DNA of 63,780 nt, counting the filler, from Octopus bimaculoides (lineage: Eukaryota): assembly GCF_001194135.2 (NCBI RefSeq). It is 4 parts of 4 records of this genome, joined end to end, with 100 filler letters (N's around TTAATTAATTAA, not from the genome) between each part and the next. Parts side by side here need not be neighbours in the genome. Positions count along the whole stretch, not along the records: positions 15,370 to 37,221 come from NC_068983.1; positions 37,322 to 42,674 come from NC_068987.1; 2 more parts are not named here. One strand, 5' to 3'. Both the position numbers and the translations under genes were made by a program. The notes beneath the pieces are model-generated. The model did not search any database and was not told where the DNA came from. It was given only the letters and a program-made list of their open reading frames with translations. Each line of letters opens with the position of its first letter. Within the stretch, counting starts at the first letter, position 1. This document shows positions 27,003 through 41,290 of the stretch, one piece after another.

Positions 27003-27420
27003 AGGCAGCGAGCTGGCAGAATCAGAAACCTACCAGACAAAATGCTAAGTGGCATTTCTTCCAACAGTAAGTTCTGAGTTCAAATTCCACGACGTCGAGT
27101 TTACCTTTCATCCTTTCATCGTCGATAAAGTACCAGTTAAGCACTGGGGTCGATGTCATCGACTAGCTCCTTTCTTCAAAGTTCCACCCTTGTGCCTATT
27201 GTAGAAAGAATTAATGGTTTCTAATTTAGGCAAAAAGGCTCGCAGTTTTAAGGAGAGATGTTAATCGATACCCGATACCACTAGATTGGTACTTTATTTT
27301 ATCGACCCCGAAAGAATGAACGGCAATGATAACGTTGGCGGAATTTGAAATCAGAACGTAAAAGCCAGAAGAAATTCTGTTAGACCATTTTTCCTGAAAT
27401 ACTAACGATTCCGCTAACTC
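27003..27420. mobile_element. Tail-to-tail inverted pair of SINE family B copies
   Basis: A plus-strand head at 27003 (aaggcagcgagctggcagaat) and a minus-strand head at about 27420 converge near 27215. Confidence 0.7.
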
Positions 27421-27726
27421 ACCATCTTCTGAGCCCCTCCCACTAATGAACGACACTGATCACGAGGTATCCAGTAATCGACTCACATTTATGACACTAC
27501 AACATTCAATGCATGAAGTAGTTAAATGTACTTCACCGTTGTCAAATCAGAAGTTAGATTTATAAACAATCATTTGAACTCTTCCAGTCACAAGACTGAA
27601 ACACACTCTCTGCATATCACAGTTTAAGTAGAAAGGTGGAATTTTTCTAAGACATTTTCGTGAATGGTATTTCTATTAAACAAAAAGGAAAGCATACAAA
27701 AGAAATTAGCCTATAACTTATCTTCA

Positions 27727-27788
<62 letters not shown>

Positions 27789-30154
27789 CGAACTTCTGAA
27801 ACAAAATCTTTGCTTTTCAAATTCTTGTTCAAAATGTCTACATGTTTGTTTGTTTAGTTGCTTATTTATAGTGTTGAGCTCAACCACGTCGTATGAGTGG
27901 GGAGGGAGTGAATATTTTTCTTGAAAGAATGCTTTAAAAATTACTGAATGCCGGGAAATTTCTGCTGTCAAGTTGCTAGTTTTGCATTCTACAGACTATT
28001 CAAAAAAGAAAATATTTCTCTTCACAATAGCAGCCAATAGAAGTGTCTCCAACATGTGACATTTGTAATTCCTGTGAAGTGAGCAGTCGTCTCTTAAAGC
28101 TACTGACGCTATTTCCAAGCGACTGAGTTGGGTGAGGGAGGAACACCAGAAGTTTATAGAAACACAGCAAGCAGCCGAGTTGCTGTGTCTCGTAAATTAA
28201 TCAATAATTTATGCTCACCAAGATAGGTGGCCTGCATTATTGATGAAGAACACTGATTAACTATTGCCAGTGATTCTTTTGAAAAGTCCATCTGTTCATC
28301 GATTGTCAAACATTATCACGTGGATATCTCCAGAGAAAAGATACTTTACTATATTCGGAACTATTTAATATTTGAATTAATAATTAGTAATCGAAATAAA
28401 GGCCTGTCCCACAACTCATTAGGTTGTTAGCCTGCTGGAACTTAATAAAAAAAAACGAAATAAAATAAGATGTTAGAGAGAAAATAAGAGAAAGTAGAAA
28501 GTAGTGTTAAAAAAGAAAAATTATTGAATCGAAGAAAAATGTTATTCTAAATCGGAAGAATAATACATAGTAATAAAAACAAAATGGATGACAAAACAAG
28601 ACACAACTTTTAAAAGGCTGATACTTTTAATGCGTGGTTATCGGAAATATTTAGTACTTTCCTAGTGTTGTCATTATCATATTTTGATCTCGGAAAAGAC
28701 AGTTTAATCTTTCACTGGTTCAGTTCAACAACTCATTAATAAGGTCAACTATGAAGTACAGCTAGCTCGCCACTGTAAACAGCGATACCTTATAAGCGAG
28801 TAGCGTTTTCTTGACTTATAGTTTTGGTCCTTCTAAACGCCTGGAGAAAGCAACTGAGCAACTATTCCATCCCATCAAAACGTCCCCAGTTATACTAACA
28901 CTGATTCAGTGTGTTACTGAAGAAAATATACTAATAAATTTCGGAACTTTAGTTGTTTGGAAAGTGATCACACTGAGTTATTGGAAGAGTTATTGTCAAC
29001 ATTTAAAAATTAAATTGTATTCACTTTTCTATAACCATTTTTGTGTGATTTTAATTGGCTGAAATGGCTCTCCCACGACGTAATTATTATACTTCTGAAT
29101 TTGTAAATAAACCTGAGACCCAGATTGTAACTTGTTCGAGAGTTAGTGTTTGTTAGTGCAACGGAAACATCAGCAAAAACGTTTACGGGCGCAAACATGG
29201 CTGTGTGATCAACAAGTTCACTTCACACTCATATGGTTCTTGGTTCGATTTCACAGCATGATACCTTGGGAAAGTACCTTCTCCCATGACCCAAAAATCA
29301 ATTCAATTCTTGTTGAGTGAAATTGTGGTATTCCTCTGTCTATTGGCTATGGCGAAAGAGGTTGAGTGGTGGAAGAGGCTGAGAGAATTGGGAAAAGGCA
29401 CCTTCATTTCGGTCAGCCCTCACTGACATTTGGGGTTTGTCTAAGAAAGGAAAGCGATGGTGGAGAAAGAAGTGCTCCAGTAAATTTGTCAAAAGCGGGT
29501 GACTGTGACAAAAACTTCGAATGAATGCGCCTGTAGAACTGGGCGGGGCTCATACCCTTTATACTCAGGGTGATTTTGGATCTGTGCAGTTACTTGAATG
29601 GCTCAAGCTGGAGGTTTTCCTGTATCACGAATCATAGATGTGTTCGTATACTATGTATATTTGTATACTTTTATCTCATTTTACCCTCCTCTCTCTCTTT
29701 CTTTCCTTCAGCCTTTATTATAAACTGTCCTCGCAATGATCCCCTCATGTGACACCCCTGTGGTAAATAGGAAAATAATCGTTATTCATTCAGCTCAAGC
29801 AATACAGACACTCTTTTGTCAATCCTCGTCGAACCTGTAAGGAATTAGTATTTGGTACATCGAAACCTATGACCATTAATGATATTGTTTACAAAATGTT
29901 TAGTATAATAAAAATAATTTGGGAAACAAACGATGATAGAATTTTAAAATGAAACTTAAGCTTCTACCGTTCTAATTTAACTATAAAATATTTATAGCAC
30001 TCACTGTTCCTCAAACATTTACATGACAAGTTTCAGCATCATATCCCAATGTTCGTCTAATTATTGACGTATTTCCATGAACTAAACCAAATAACAATCC
30101 ATTTTAATCCGTTAAATATTAATTAAGAAATTATTACCATTCTATTATTGTCAT

Positions 30155-30610
30155 TAAGGCAGTGAACTGGAAAAATCGTTAGCACACCAGATAATATACT
30201 TAGTGGCATTTCGTCCGTCTTTACATTCAGAGTTCAAATTCTGCCGAGGTTCACTATGTTTGTCATCCTTTCTAGGTCGACAAAATAAGTAACAGTCAGG
30301 TACTGGGGTTGATCTAATCAGCTTTTCCCCTCCCTCAAAATTTCAGGTCTGGTGCCTTTAGTAGAAAGGATTATCATTATTATTGAAAACAGCGAGCTTC
30401 GCAGACTTGCTAGCGTTTCAGACAAAATGCTTAACGGTATTTCCTCTGGCTTTAAGTTCTGCGTTGAAATTCCGCCGATGACGACTTTGCCTTTCACCCT
30501 TTCGAGGTCGATAAAAAAAAGTACCAGATTAGCACTGAGATCGATGTAATCGACTTATCCCTCTCCTCAAAATTGTTTGCCTTGGGCCTATTGTAGACAG
30601 GATTATTACA
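30155..30610 (+). mobile_element. Tandem pair of SINE family B copies
   Basis: Two heads (30155 taaggcagtgaactgg; about 30390 cagcgagcttcgcagac), each ending in an ...agaaaggattatcattatt / gacaggattatt tail. Confidence 0.7.
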
Positions 30611-30619
30611 GCTGTTGAT

Positions 30620-33560
30620 TTTAATTATCATTGATATGCATTCGGTGCATATCAAGCACAGTTCTGTTTTGAAAGTAAATAATATGTCTACAGTGTCTAA
30701 AGGGGTGTCTGAGGTTTGGTTATGTAAATAAATACATGTTTTGATATCATTCATAAAACAGCTACTATTTTAGCGATTATTTCTGTTTTAGCCCCCACAT
30801 GTTATTTATCTTTATTTCCAGATCTTTATATTTTGATAAATGCTTTATCTTTGCAAGGCATATCTGTTCGGACTGATACATTGATTAGGAAGTATTTATT
30901 TTTCCGGTGATCCTTGTCAACAATATCTACCTTGATCTCCTTATATATGTGTATTAGCATATCCCAAACATGTGTATTAGCATATGCTTTCCTTTTCTGT
31001 TAGTATTTCATAATGCTGGCTTAACTTCAAGTGTACGTATGTCCCAACTTATGCATTATATCCAATTATTGATATAATGCATTTTTTCTTGGCTAAGATT
31101 GGGAGTCAGAGACAGTATGACTAGTGCTTTCTTCCCTATCTCCACATATTCTGCAGTTACTATATTCTGCTATATGCTTTCGTGGTTTCTGCTGGAAAAG
31201 CTTGAGTTGTTCCGCAGTCAAGAATTTTTCAGCCTGTTTTGTATCCCATGCTTCTCAACTAATGTTGCAACTTTTCCTTGTATACATTCACTCTGTTTAG
31301 TTTCTTTTTATTTTCTGATATTGGGCATGTAGGGGCTTTTCTAAACATCACTTTATCATGGCATTCTGAAACACTTGTTTTAGCTTAAATTTTAGCTTTT
31401 ACACTATTTCCGTTTATTCTTTTTCTTCATAAAAAGCTGTTACTCCGACATTTGTTTTATATTCATTGACTTTCCTGATGATGGAAAGTAATTTTGTTTC
31501 CTTCTGTACTAGAGACTTTTGTAGACCCACATTCGATATTTTATAGTAGCTTTCTTGCTGCATAGTCCCCTTCCCACATTTCTGTATCAGACTTTGAGTG
31601 ATGTATTCTAAACGCGGTCGTTATTTTCTTGATTCCTTTCTCTCTCTGTGTTGTGTGTGTGTGCGTGTGTGTGCGCACGCCTTCTCAACTTTTCTTTCAT
31701 TTGCGTGTGTTAGACAATATCTAGTTCAAGGATCCTAAGTAATTCTTTTTCCAGTTTCATGACCAGTGTTCTATTATTAGCGTTCTTAGTTTTCTTCTCT
31801 TCCAGATCGTTTTGGCGCTTTTTGCAAAGCCGAATCTCATTATAACTTCTTTGGTAAATCTATGAACTATCTGCAGTAGTGTTTCTTGCTGCTTATTAGT
31901 TTGAGGTCATTCATACAAAAGTGTTGGTTGCTTGTCTTACAGTAGTATTTGTTTCTAATGCCAGCAGGCAGAAATTTCTTCCAATTTCTTCTTCTAATGA
32001 GGATCGGTCTATTTCTTATAAGCTCCCAAGTTGTTTGTATCTGTAAAATTGTTCGTCCTTTATTCATGACATGTGTCATGTATTTTATTTTTATTGCCGC
32101 TACCTAATTCATAACTAGTGTCTCTAGGATCCATGTGTTTAGAATACTGTCAAAAGCTATCTGACAGTCAATTTTTGTTCAGGTCTTTCTCCTTTAGATT
32201 TTGGCTTTAATCTTTTCATCAGTAATTGATTTTTACAACTAGATGAGTTTTTACAGAATCCCATCTGCCTCCCTCTAAACAAATTTTTTCTAGATGTTTG
32301 CTTAGTCTCTGTAATATTATCGCTATTAAGGCTTTACTGGTTGTAGGAAGGCAGGTTATGAGTTTGTAGTTTTAAGTATCTATGGTTTCTTTAGTTTGGG
32401 GGATTAAGATTCTCTCTGGTGAGCCAGTCAGGTGTTGTCTACAACTCCGTCAGTATCTCATTAAACTTCTCTGCCAGCTCCTTGGGTGTCCATGTTAAAT
32501 AGTCTAACCAGAAGCTAGCAATCTAATCATGTCCTAGTGCTTTACAATTGTTTGTTTTTGCAATATCTGGATTTCTTTTTCCGTTGTTATGGCCATGCAT
32601 GATTTTTCAGATGCAGTGTTCGTTGTTTTTACCAATCTTTTCCAAGGGGAATATCTTCGCTTCTATACTCCCCAACAAAATTCTTCTTTTCCTGCTGCTG
32701 GCGCTACTTTGACTCCTATTTTATTTCTACCAAATTCTTGATAAAATCGTTTTGGGTTGGAGCCGACCTGTTTGTTTACTTCAAAGAGTTGATGGCGTTA
32801 TTCATGCTGACCGACGAATTCTTTGCAATTTAGCGAGGATCTATAGTTTTTAGCGTTCTATCATTTCAGGCACTTCTTGATTGTTATTGAGCAAAAGCTA
32901 CTGCTTGCTAGCTTAATTAACAAAAATATTACTCTGAGGTTCAGTGACAACAAATCGCCTCAAATTTCAAGATTTTTTATTATTGCAAAACAGATGTCCT
33001 TTTGTGCAAGATGATAATACGTCTCAGTTCCATTACCTTCCTAAATAGCATTTTGAGTATTGTGTGCTAATTACTACAGGAACAATTTTCTCACTTGTAT
33101 TCTCCAATCTTTCTATTTCTGAAGCCAGGATCTAATATTGTACAATTTTCTCAATTTCCTAGAGAATACAAATTCTTATAAGAATGCAAAGTCAATAATC
33201 TTACATATTTTTATTTTTCTTCACTCCAATATTATATCTGGTTTTTCTTACTTTAAAGGTACGATCAGTTTCTATGCAGAAATCACATAAATTCCTGTAA
33301 TTATTATTCACCCTCTGAATCGTGTTTGCACTACTTTTCTCTCACTTCAAGTTTACAGGCTTAACTAGCATCTCAGTCCACTCTTTTATCGAGACATTTA
33401 GGCCAGCGCTTATGCGCTTTTTACGTCAGCATACTGCTCAGAAGATAGATAATTTCTCATCATCTTTTCCGCACATTCTATATTTGCAGTTTAACTGAGT
33501 TTTAACAGTCTTCGTCTTTATCAAATTCATTGTAATGGCTTATTCCTCTATGGCTACAAT
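30620..33560 (-). mobile_element. Heavily decayed, near full-length R4/Dong-like non-LTR retrotransposon (RT plus REL endonuclease)
   Basis: Remnants NPKRFYQEF, KALGHD.IASFWL, TPDWLT, NYKLITCLPTTSK and AFDSILNTWILETL, with REL-like DIVDKDHRKNKYFLINVSV near 30900. Many stops. Confidence 0.65.
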
Positions 33561-33747
33561 TGATTCAGTTTCGTGTTTCGGGTTTCCTTTTTCTCAGACA
33601 CATCCATCATCAGACATGTTGGATAAAAAGCAAAGTTGATTTCGCCGAAAATTTAACTCAGAACATAAAGAGTCGAAATAAATAAGGCTAGCCTTTTTTC
33701 CGAAGCTCTAACAGCTCATCCAGCTTACTAACAACAACAACAACATT

Positions 33748-33779
<32 letters not shown>

Positions 33780-34599
33780 NNNNNNNNNNNNNNNNNNNNN
33801 NNNNNNNNNNNNNNNNNNNNNNNNNNNNNNNNNNNNNNNNNNNNNNNNNNNNNNNNNNNNNNNNNNNNNNNNNNNNNNNAACACTCGGCGAGAAATGGAA
33901 GAAAATTTGAAGAAAGAAGAAAAATAAAACATGATAATAATAATGGTTTAAAATTTTGGCACGAGGCCAGCAAGTTCTAGAGAAGGGCTAAGTCAATTAC
34001 GCCAACCCCAGTGTTCAACTGTACTTTTTTTTATCGACTCCGAAAGAATGAAAGCAAAGTCAACCTCGGCGGAATTTGAACTCAGAACTTAAAGACGAAC
34101 GTCCCGTAACTTAGCTGTTCGGCAAAAGAGATAGATAGTACCAGGTTCAAAAATAAATACTGAGATCAAATCACTAGACTAAAATTTCTTCAATGCGATA
34201 CTGCAACATGGCCGCAGTCTAATAACTGTAACAAGAAAAGATAACAGATAACACGAATATTAAAGGAACCAGTTTTGCTTTTGTTGTTACATGGACAAAA
34301 CTTCCTGAAAAAAGAATTAACTGAAAGAATTCTGTAACACCTGTCAGTGGTTCTTTTCTCCCAATGTTTAATCCAATGGAGAGCAAAGAGAGATCAATAC
34401 CACTGTGCTTACAGAAGTACGGTGGATGTTTCTACTTCACAACCAAACAACGGTCAGAAGAAAATAGCACGAGATATCCGGAGAAATTTTCTCGATTGAA
34501 AGGGACTGTCTGTTGTGTTTTTAGGATCTACGTCAAAACACAAGCTGAAATATATAGACCGCTGTCCATAATCTTGTGCCTCATTATTTGAGCAGAGAA

Positions 34600-35040
34600 A
34601 TAGGGAAGGTAACCTTCATGGGTATTAGCGATGATGTTTAACAGTGGCTGGTCGTCACTTATGAGTAAGTCGTCAACACAGAAGTAAACGAGATGCAAAA
34701 CGTGATCGGGAGGAGTAAGAATGGATTTCCAAGCCACCGGAAATGTTATTAAGCTGTCGAAAGCCATCGGAGTTGTGCTGAGTTGAGAGCGTCGAGACAA
34801 AGAGCATAAATCCGATTGTGTAGGGCAAACGGCTTAGTTATTATACATGTAGTAAAAACCACTTGAGTGCCTTTTGCGCAATAGAATTGGAGAAGCTAGA
34901 AAAACGAAGGCGAGAAGAAAGTAGTAGAGAGCTGCAAAGAGAATCCAAGGAAGCAACAAGATCAACAAGCTTCAGTCTTCAATGCATTTGCATCCAACAC
35001 AAGTAGCAAACGAGCAGTGTTGTCCGGGTCTTTGGCACAA
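34600..35040 (-). mobile_element. Decayed L2/CR1-like 3' end
   Basis: Remnant similarity to the LLDRVQ...LSLFYRY...SFFPRT..LWNSLP pattern. Related pieces occur near 29290-29640 and 36900-37160. Confidence 0.3.
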
Positions 35041-35614
35041 CTTGACTAAAGGGTTCTCTTGTGTTTGGGTGGTTTAACATATTTGTTTTCCATATTCAAC
35101 AAACTATACATTATAAAATTATTATATCAAATTTTTTACCCATACATTTAGTGTAATGTTTTTAATCCTTCCTCTACTTTTGTAGAACTTTGTTTTATCC
35201 ATAGTTACATGTTTGTAACCTCAACCTACTCCATACATAACGTTTTATTTTATGTATATACGAATGATCCCTTCGTAGAAAATAAAAAATATTGTGAGTG
35301 GAAAATAATGTTGTTGCTGTCGCTGGCGTAAGCAAAAGGTCGGAAATTTTGTGGAGAATGGATTAGTCGATACTATTGCCCCAATTCTCTATGGGTATTT
35401 TATTTTATAGACCCCGAAAAAATGAAAGGCAAAGTTAGTCTCGGTGGGATTTGAACTTTGCCTTTTACATTCTGAATTTAAATCCTGCTGAGATTAACTT
35501 TGCCACTCATTCCTCGAAGGTCGATAAAATAAAGTATTAGTGAAGTACTGCGATCGAATAATATCGAGTAATCCGTCTTTTAAAAATTGCTGGCCTTATT
35601 CTTAAATAAAAATC

Positions 35615-36220
35615 ATCATTATTATTATTATTATTATTATTATTGTTCAGTAGTTTTATTTTTATAGCGTGCTTTCACTTCACTACCGAGCGCAGCTCTG
35701 TGTGCCTTGGGTATGTACTGTGGTTTGCTGTGATGCTCTTATGGTTACTGTATTGAAAGTGTTTTGCGTAGGATGTGTGCAGTGCCCAGTAGNNNNNNNN
35801 NNNNNNNNNNNNNNNNNNNNNNNNNNNNNNNNNNNNNNNNNNNNNNNNNNNNNNNNNNNNNNNNNNNNNNNNNNNNNNNNNNNNNNNNNNNNNNNNNNNN
35901 NNNNNNNNNNNNNNNNNNNNNNNNNNNNNNNNNNNNNNNNNNNNNNNNNNNNNNNNNNNNNNNNNNNNNNNNNNNNNNNNNNNNNNNNNNNNNNNNNNNN
36001 NNNNNNNNNNNNNNNNNNNNNNNNNNNNNNNNNNNNNNNNNNNNAAACGTTGTCATCTGCTGGTATTGATACATCAATTAGAAAGCATTTTTTTCTTCAT
36101 GATCTTTGACAACTATACCTGTTCTATTGGCCTTAATTTCTCTATCTGTGTGTATTGGCATATCCCAGAGTATGGTTGCTTTCTCGTTTTCTGTGACCTT
36201 TTCTGGCGTGTGTTTATACC

Positions 36221-36299
<79 letters not shown>

Positions 36300-36465
36300 T
36301 GCTGTAGACAGATGTGCAATTCCCCGCTCTGTAGAAAGGTGGATTCCTGCTAATAGGCTGAAGAAAAAATATTCCATTTACAGATTATTTTCAAGAAACC
36401 GTAGAATACATGTCGTTGCGCTTCTGTTCGTTATTATCTCTAGGATTCGATGGTACATGCCAAGT
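35615..36465 (-). mobile_element. R4/Dong-like LINE 3' fragment with (TAA)n tail
   Basis: KWYKHTPEKVTENEKATILWDMPIHTDREIKANR..IVVKD and ...LLGTAHILRKTLSIQ*, followed by a 3' UTR and an (AAT)n tail at 35617-35645. Interrupted by (ATT)n and a gap. Confidence 0.8.
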
Positions 36466-37221
36466 TAACCAGGAACTATATTTGACAGGTTGGAATGTCA
36501 ATGAACAAAAATGTCCAAGTGAGTCTCGAAGACCATAGAGCTATTCTAGAGCTGAGATAAACAGAAATGCCTGTTTTAGACATATTATAAATATCATACA
36601 CATCTATTTTTCAATACGGCAATTTGTGCTATAGCAGTCGGAAACATCCAAAAAAACCTAACTTAGAACTTAACAACAGAGTACAAACAGAAAATTAAAT
36701 ACGCAATTTACGGAAGGTAAAAAGAATGACACAATATTAAGTCACCGCATAAATTTACAGACACAAACAAAAAACATTAACAACAATAACAACAACAACA
36801 GCAGTTCATTGGCTAGAGTTATTTGCCCAAAAGAAATACTAAATGTTATTAAGCTGTCGGGAAGAATTACAGAACTAAAAAAAAACTGGTGTATTCAGGG
36901 TTCTTCCGATCCTAGCACCGAAATCAGTGGAAAAGATCACTTCTCATTCTCAAGAGCCAAAGAACAGGAAAGCCAATAACCAAGACAAGCCCCTCTCTCT
37001 TCCAGATCTTCCAGATCTTGCGATAATAAAGATGTAGACTAGAAATGGTTAGCAAGCTACTGGGAGCAGTTGGACAGAGGAAAAAGATCAGCAGAAAATT
37101 ACGAGCCCAAGCAGAAGGTGTCAAGTCACAAGAGTAAGGGTCTACCCCCACTGAGATAATGTTATGGTGATCCAAACAGGAAAGCCAATAACCAAGACAA
37201 GCCCCTCTCTCTTCCAGATCT

Positions 37222-37321
37222 NNNNNNNNNNNNNNNNNNNNNNNNNNNNNNNNNNNNNNNNNNNNTTAATTAATTAANNNNNNNNNNNNNNNNNNNNNNN
37301 NNNNNNNNNNNNNNNNNNNNN
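37222..37321. other. Artificial scaffold join: 44 N + TTAATTAATTAA + 44 N
   Basis: Same construct as 15270-15369. Confidence 0.85.
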
Positions 37322-38322
37322 TATATATATATATTTATATATATATATATATATACATGTACTGAGGTGCGTACACTTATATATGTATACATCACATATA
37401 CATACCACTATCGTAGACATACATATTAGATAAATTACATATATAAATGTGTGTGTGTGTATGTAATCACTAACACGCACAACAAAACACACACACACAC
37501 ATATACAATACGGATGCATACACATCGACTTGCATCAAAGTTCCTTAAATCCCGTGTATATTTAGATCTAGTAAGCTACCTGCTACCATAATCGATTTTC
37601 CAAATTTGACAATGTGAGTAATAGAACGAGATGGGAAGTGTATGTAGCCCATGGTAAATGCTTTAGAACATGAAAAAAAATTGAATATCATTTCTAATTC
37701 CTGCTTCTTTTTACAAGTTTGTAAACCTGACATCTATAAAATATATATCAGAATTCTGATTTAACGAAAAAAAAACAAAAAAACAAGGCAACTTTGAATT
37801 TTGCATCGTAGTATGCATTATTATTCTATGAACGTCAAATGTTTTAGGTATTAAGGATTTTCTTGTCCCGTGAAAATAGAAATAGATTCAAAAATGGTGA
37901 GACTAAAACTTGTTGGATCGTATTTTTCATCTTAAGACGTAAGGGCACAACTTTATGTCTTTCTGTATTTTCTTTTTTTACATCAGAACATGTCTTCCCG
38001 CGACGGATTGACCTCTTGACCAGGGAGAACAAATTCATGCTGTATGTTACAGGTTTCCAATGCATCGACGCGTCGTTCTCCTTGTTCGCATTAGCAAATG
38101 TGACAAGAGAGGTTTGTGAAAACGTAATGGAACAGATGTCATCCTGTACATTTGTTAGAAATTTCGATTCATTTTTCTAGACTATTTTTATATATAAATA
38201 GGTACGAAAAAATATTCCAAGATGCCTAATTAGATGCATACTAATCAGTTTTGTATGAATTAGAAATATGTACGATCATATTTAACTTGTTTTGTGCAAA
38301 ATTCGGTCAGGGAAAGATAATA

Positions 38323-38728
38323 CAGTAATCCCTCGCCATATTGTGGTTTACCCATCGCGGTTTATTATTTAAGCTTACGTTAAGGCGGCGAACTGGCAGA
38401 CTTGTTAGCACGCTGGACGAAATGCTTAACGGTATCTCGCCTGTCGCTACGTTCCGAGTTCAAATTCCGCCGAGGTCGACTTTGGCTTTCATCCTTTCGG
38501 TGTCGATAACTTAAATACCACTAAAATTTCAGGTCTTATGCCTACAGTAGATAAGATTATTTAAGCTCCATGGTGTTGGTTTGCATTTATAATAAAAATA
38601 AATATATGCAAATTATATTAATAATAATAATAATAAATATACAGTACAGTACTGTTTCTACTTCGCGGATTTCCACCTATCGCAGTGAGTTTTGGAACGT
38701 AACACACACGATAGTCGAGGGATTACTG
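38323..38728. mobile_element. Tc1/pogo-type MITE with nested SINE fragment
   Basis: TA|CAGTAATCCCTCG ... CGAGGGATTACTG|TA. A tRNA-SINE head is inserted at about 38383-38560. Confidence 0.8.
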
Positions 38729-38820
38729 TACACTGAACAAGTTGTTGCACGAAGAGAAATTCTCGTTTCAGACAATATGGATGTAAATAGTCCAGCAAGA
38801 CATGAATGACCTCACTGAAC

Positions 38821-38864
38821 CGGAAGACGCATCGTTTCTGTGTCGTTACACTTTATCAGCTACG
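38821..38864 (-). ncRNA. Degenerate hammerhead motif (core G8>A)
   Basis: CGUAG-CUGAUAA-A-GUGU-aacg-ACAC-A-GAAA-CG-aug-CG-UC/UUCCG. Confidence 0.45.
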
Positions 38865-39552
38865 TATACCAAGCCAGTGTTCATGGCAACTAACAGCTGG
38901 TCGTTCTTATATCAGAACAGTAAATAGTTCATTTGCTGATGTGCGAAAAGATTTGTGAACGTGGAATTAATTAATTAATTAATTAAAAATGAAGAAGGAA
39001 AAATAAAATTTACACTGGCTGTAGAGAGACGCAGATATTCTAAGTTGTTGTGAAATAACAGGAGCCTTCCATCTTTATACAGGAGTCAAATATTAACAGG
39101 CGAAACAGCACATTGACTTGTTTAAATAGTATGCTTCCTCACAACTAGGTCTAGCAGACTGGCAGTTAAGAGTTTGCCAATCTATGTCCAGTGAATGCAA
39201 CCAGTTATCCGAGACATGAGAGAAGTAACAGTACAAGGTCACAAAAGAGCCGAATAATCCCTTAATATCTGTATTGAACGGATGTAAATGGATGCAGTGT
39301 AACATCCTGAAACACATGTGATACTGAGCACGTAAATTCTAGATCTTAAGAATGACATAGCTAGCGAATATCTCTTGAGGACAACAAAGACTTTAAAGAC
39401 TGCTTGAATGTAATATCAATATATCCATTAATTGATATTGGTTGTACTGTTAAAAAATAAATATGTGGAGTTGATTGCTGATATCGCATGATTGCTGATA
39501 TAGCATGGCTCAATGTGGATTCCAATGGGCTAGAACATCAGGTAAAACTCAC

Positions 39553-39965
39553 TTATACTCTCTTTTACGCTTTTACTTGTTTCAGTTATTTGACTGCGGC
39601 CATACTGGAGGACTGCCTTTAGTCGAGCAAATCGACCCCATGACTTATACTTTGTAAGCCTAGTACTTATTGTATCGGTTACTTTTGCCGAACCGCTAAG
39701 TTACAGGGACGCAAAAACACCACCATCGGTTGTCAAGCGATGTTGGGGGGGGGGACAAACACAGACACACAAACACACACACACATATATATATTTACAT
39801 ATACATATATACGACAGGCTTCTTTCAGTTTCCGTCTACCAAATCCACTCACAAGGCTTTGGTTGGCCCGAGACTATAATAGAAGACACTTGACCAACGT
39901 GCCACCCAGTGGGACTGAACCCGGAACTATGTGGTTGGTAAGCAAGCTACTTACCAAACAGCCAC
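39553..39965 (-). mobile_element. SINE family A copy
   Basis: Collinear with 58945-59340. Confidence 0.85.
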
Positions 39966-40311
39966 GAAATTTACCAACACTATCTCAAATAGTTTTGCCA
40001 CAAGTGACCGGAAGGAAGTAGACCACCCACCATTAGCGTGGCTGTAAACGAGACCAACGCAAAACGCTGCGCAGGATGAACTAAACATATCCGAACTCCA
40101 AACGCTGCGCTAAATAAGACGGATTTTGGCTCATGCTACCACAAACAAAGTACTACTAAAGAGACACATATTTAAATTCGATAATAAACTATATACTCAA
40201 AACTGTGCAAACACTGAAACTGGTTTTTCTGATGACGCGATAAAATAGTCTCGAAAATAATTACATATATCAACTCCAAACATCTAGACTGAAGTTTCTA
40301 TTGCAGAGTAT

Positions 40312-40350
<39 letters not shown>

Positions 40351-40875
40351 CAGTAAAATCCGTCTTTTTCACTTTACATATTTATTTCTAATTCTTGAAT
40401 GAGTAAAACCCCATGAGCGCCTCTTGTCATTGAAACAGTTCTACAATACAGTGACATTTGCCAATGGAAAAAATGTGTGAAATATCTTCGAAACAAACTT
40501 AACCCGTCCCACACCTACAAACACACTCGCACACATGGATTCCCAAAACGTCACAACATAATAGCACTAACATCTATGAAATTGTTTAATATTTTTATAA
40601 GACGTAGGAGTGGCTGTGTGGTAAGTAGCTTGCTTACCAACCACATGGTTCCGGGTTCAGTCCCACTGTGAGGCACCTTGGGCAAGTGTCTTCTACTATA
40701 GCCTCGGGCCGACCGNNNNNNNNNNNNNNNNNNNNNNNNNNNNNNNNNNNNNNNNNNNNNNNNNNNNNNNNNNNNNNNNNNNNNNNNNNNNNNNNNNNNN
40801 NNNNNNNNNNNNNNNNNNNNNNNNNNNNACATAATAGCACTAACATCTATGAAATTGTTTAATATTTTTATAAGA

Positions 40876-41290
40876 CGTAGGAGTGGCTGTGTGGTAAGTA
40901 GCTTGCTTACCAACCACATGGTTCCGGGTTCAGTCCCACTGTGAGGCACCTTGGGCAAGTGTCTTCTACTATAGCCTCGGGCCGACCGAGTGAGTGGATT
41001 TGGTAGACGGAAAGTGAAAGAAGCCCGCCGTATATATGTGTATATATGTATATATGTGTGTGTGTATGTTTATGTGTGTGTGTTTGTCCACCCCACCCCC
41101 AACATCGCTTGACAACCGATGTTGGTGTGTTCATGTCCCCGTAACTTAGCAGTTCTGCAAAAGAGACCGATAGAATAAGTATTAGGCTTACACAGAATAA
41201 ATCCTGCGGTCGATTTGCTCGACTAATGGTGGTGCTCCGGCATGGCCATAGTCAAAATGACTGAAACAAGTAAAAGAGTAAAAGAGTAAG
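40876..41290 (+). mobile_element. SINE family A copy (head duplicated across the gap at 40604-40715)
   Basis: gtaggagtggctgtgtggtaag...gactgaaacaagtaaaagagtaaaagagt. Confidence 0.85.

Noticed and set aside
39093-39317. Candidate HYKK exon 5 (minus-strand ORF after a tttcag acceptor)
   Set aside because: No frame gives an HGD or DFG motif, and the phase-1 continuation hits a stop within about 23 codons.
40555-40990. Apparent tandem duplication of a SINE head and flank
   Set aside because: The two copies are identical and sit either side of an N gap, typical of unmerged contig overlap. The same applies to 37156-37221 versus 36963-37012.
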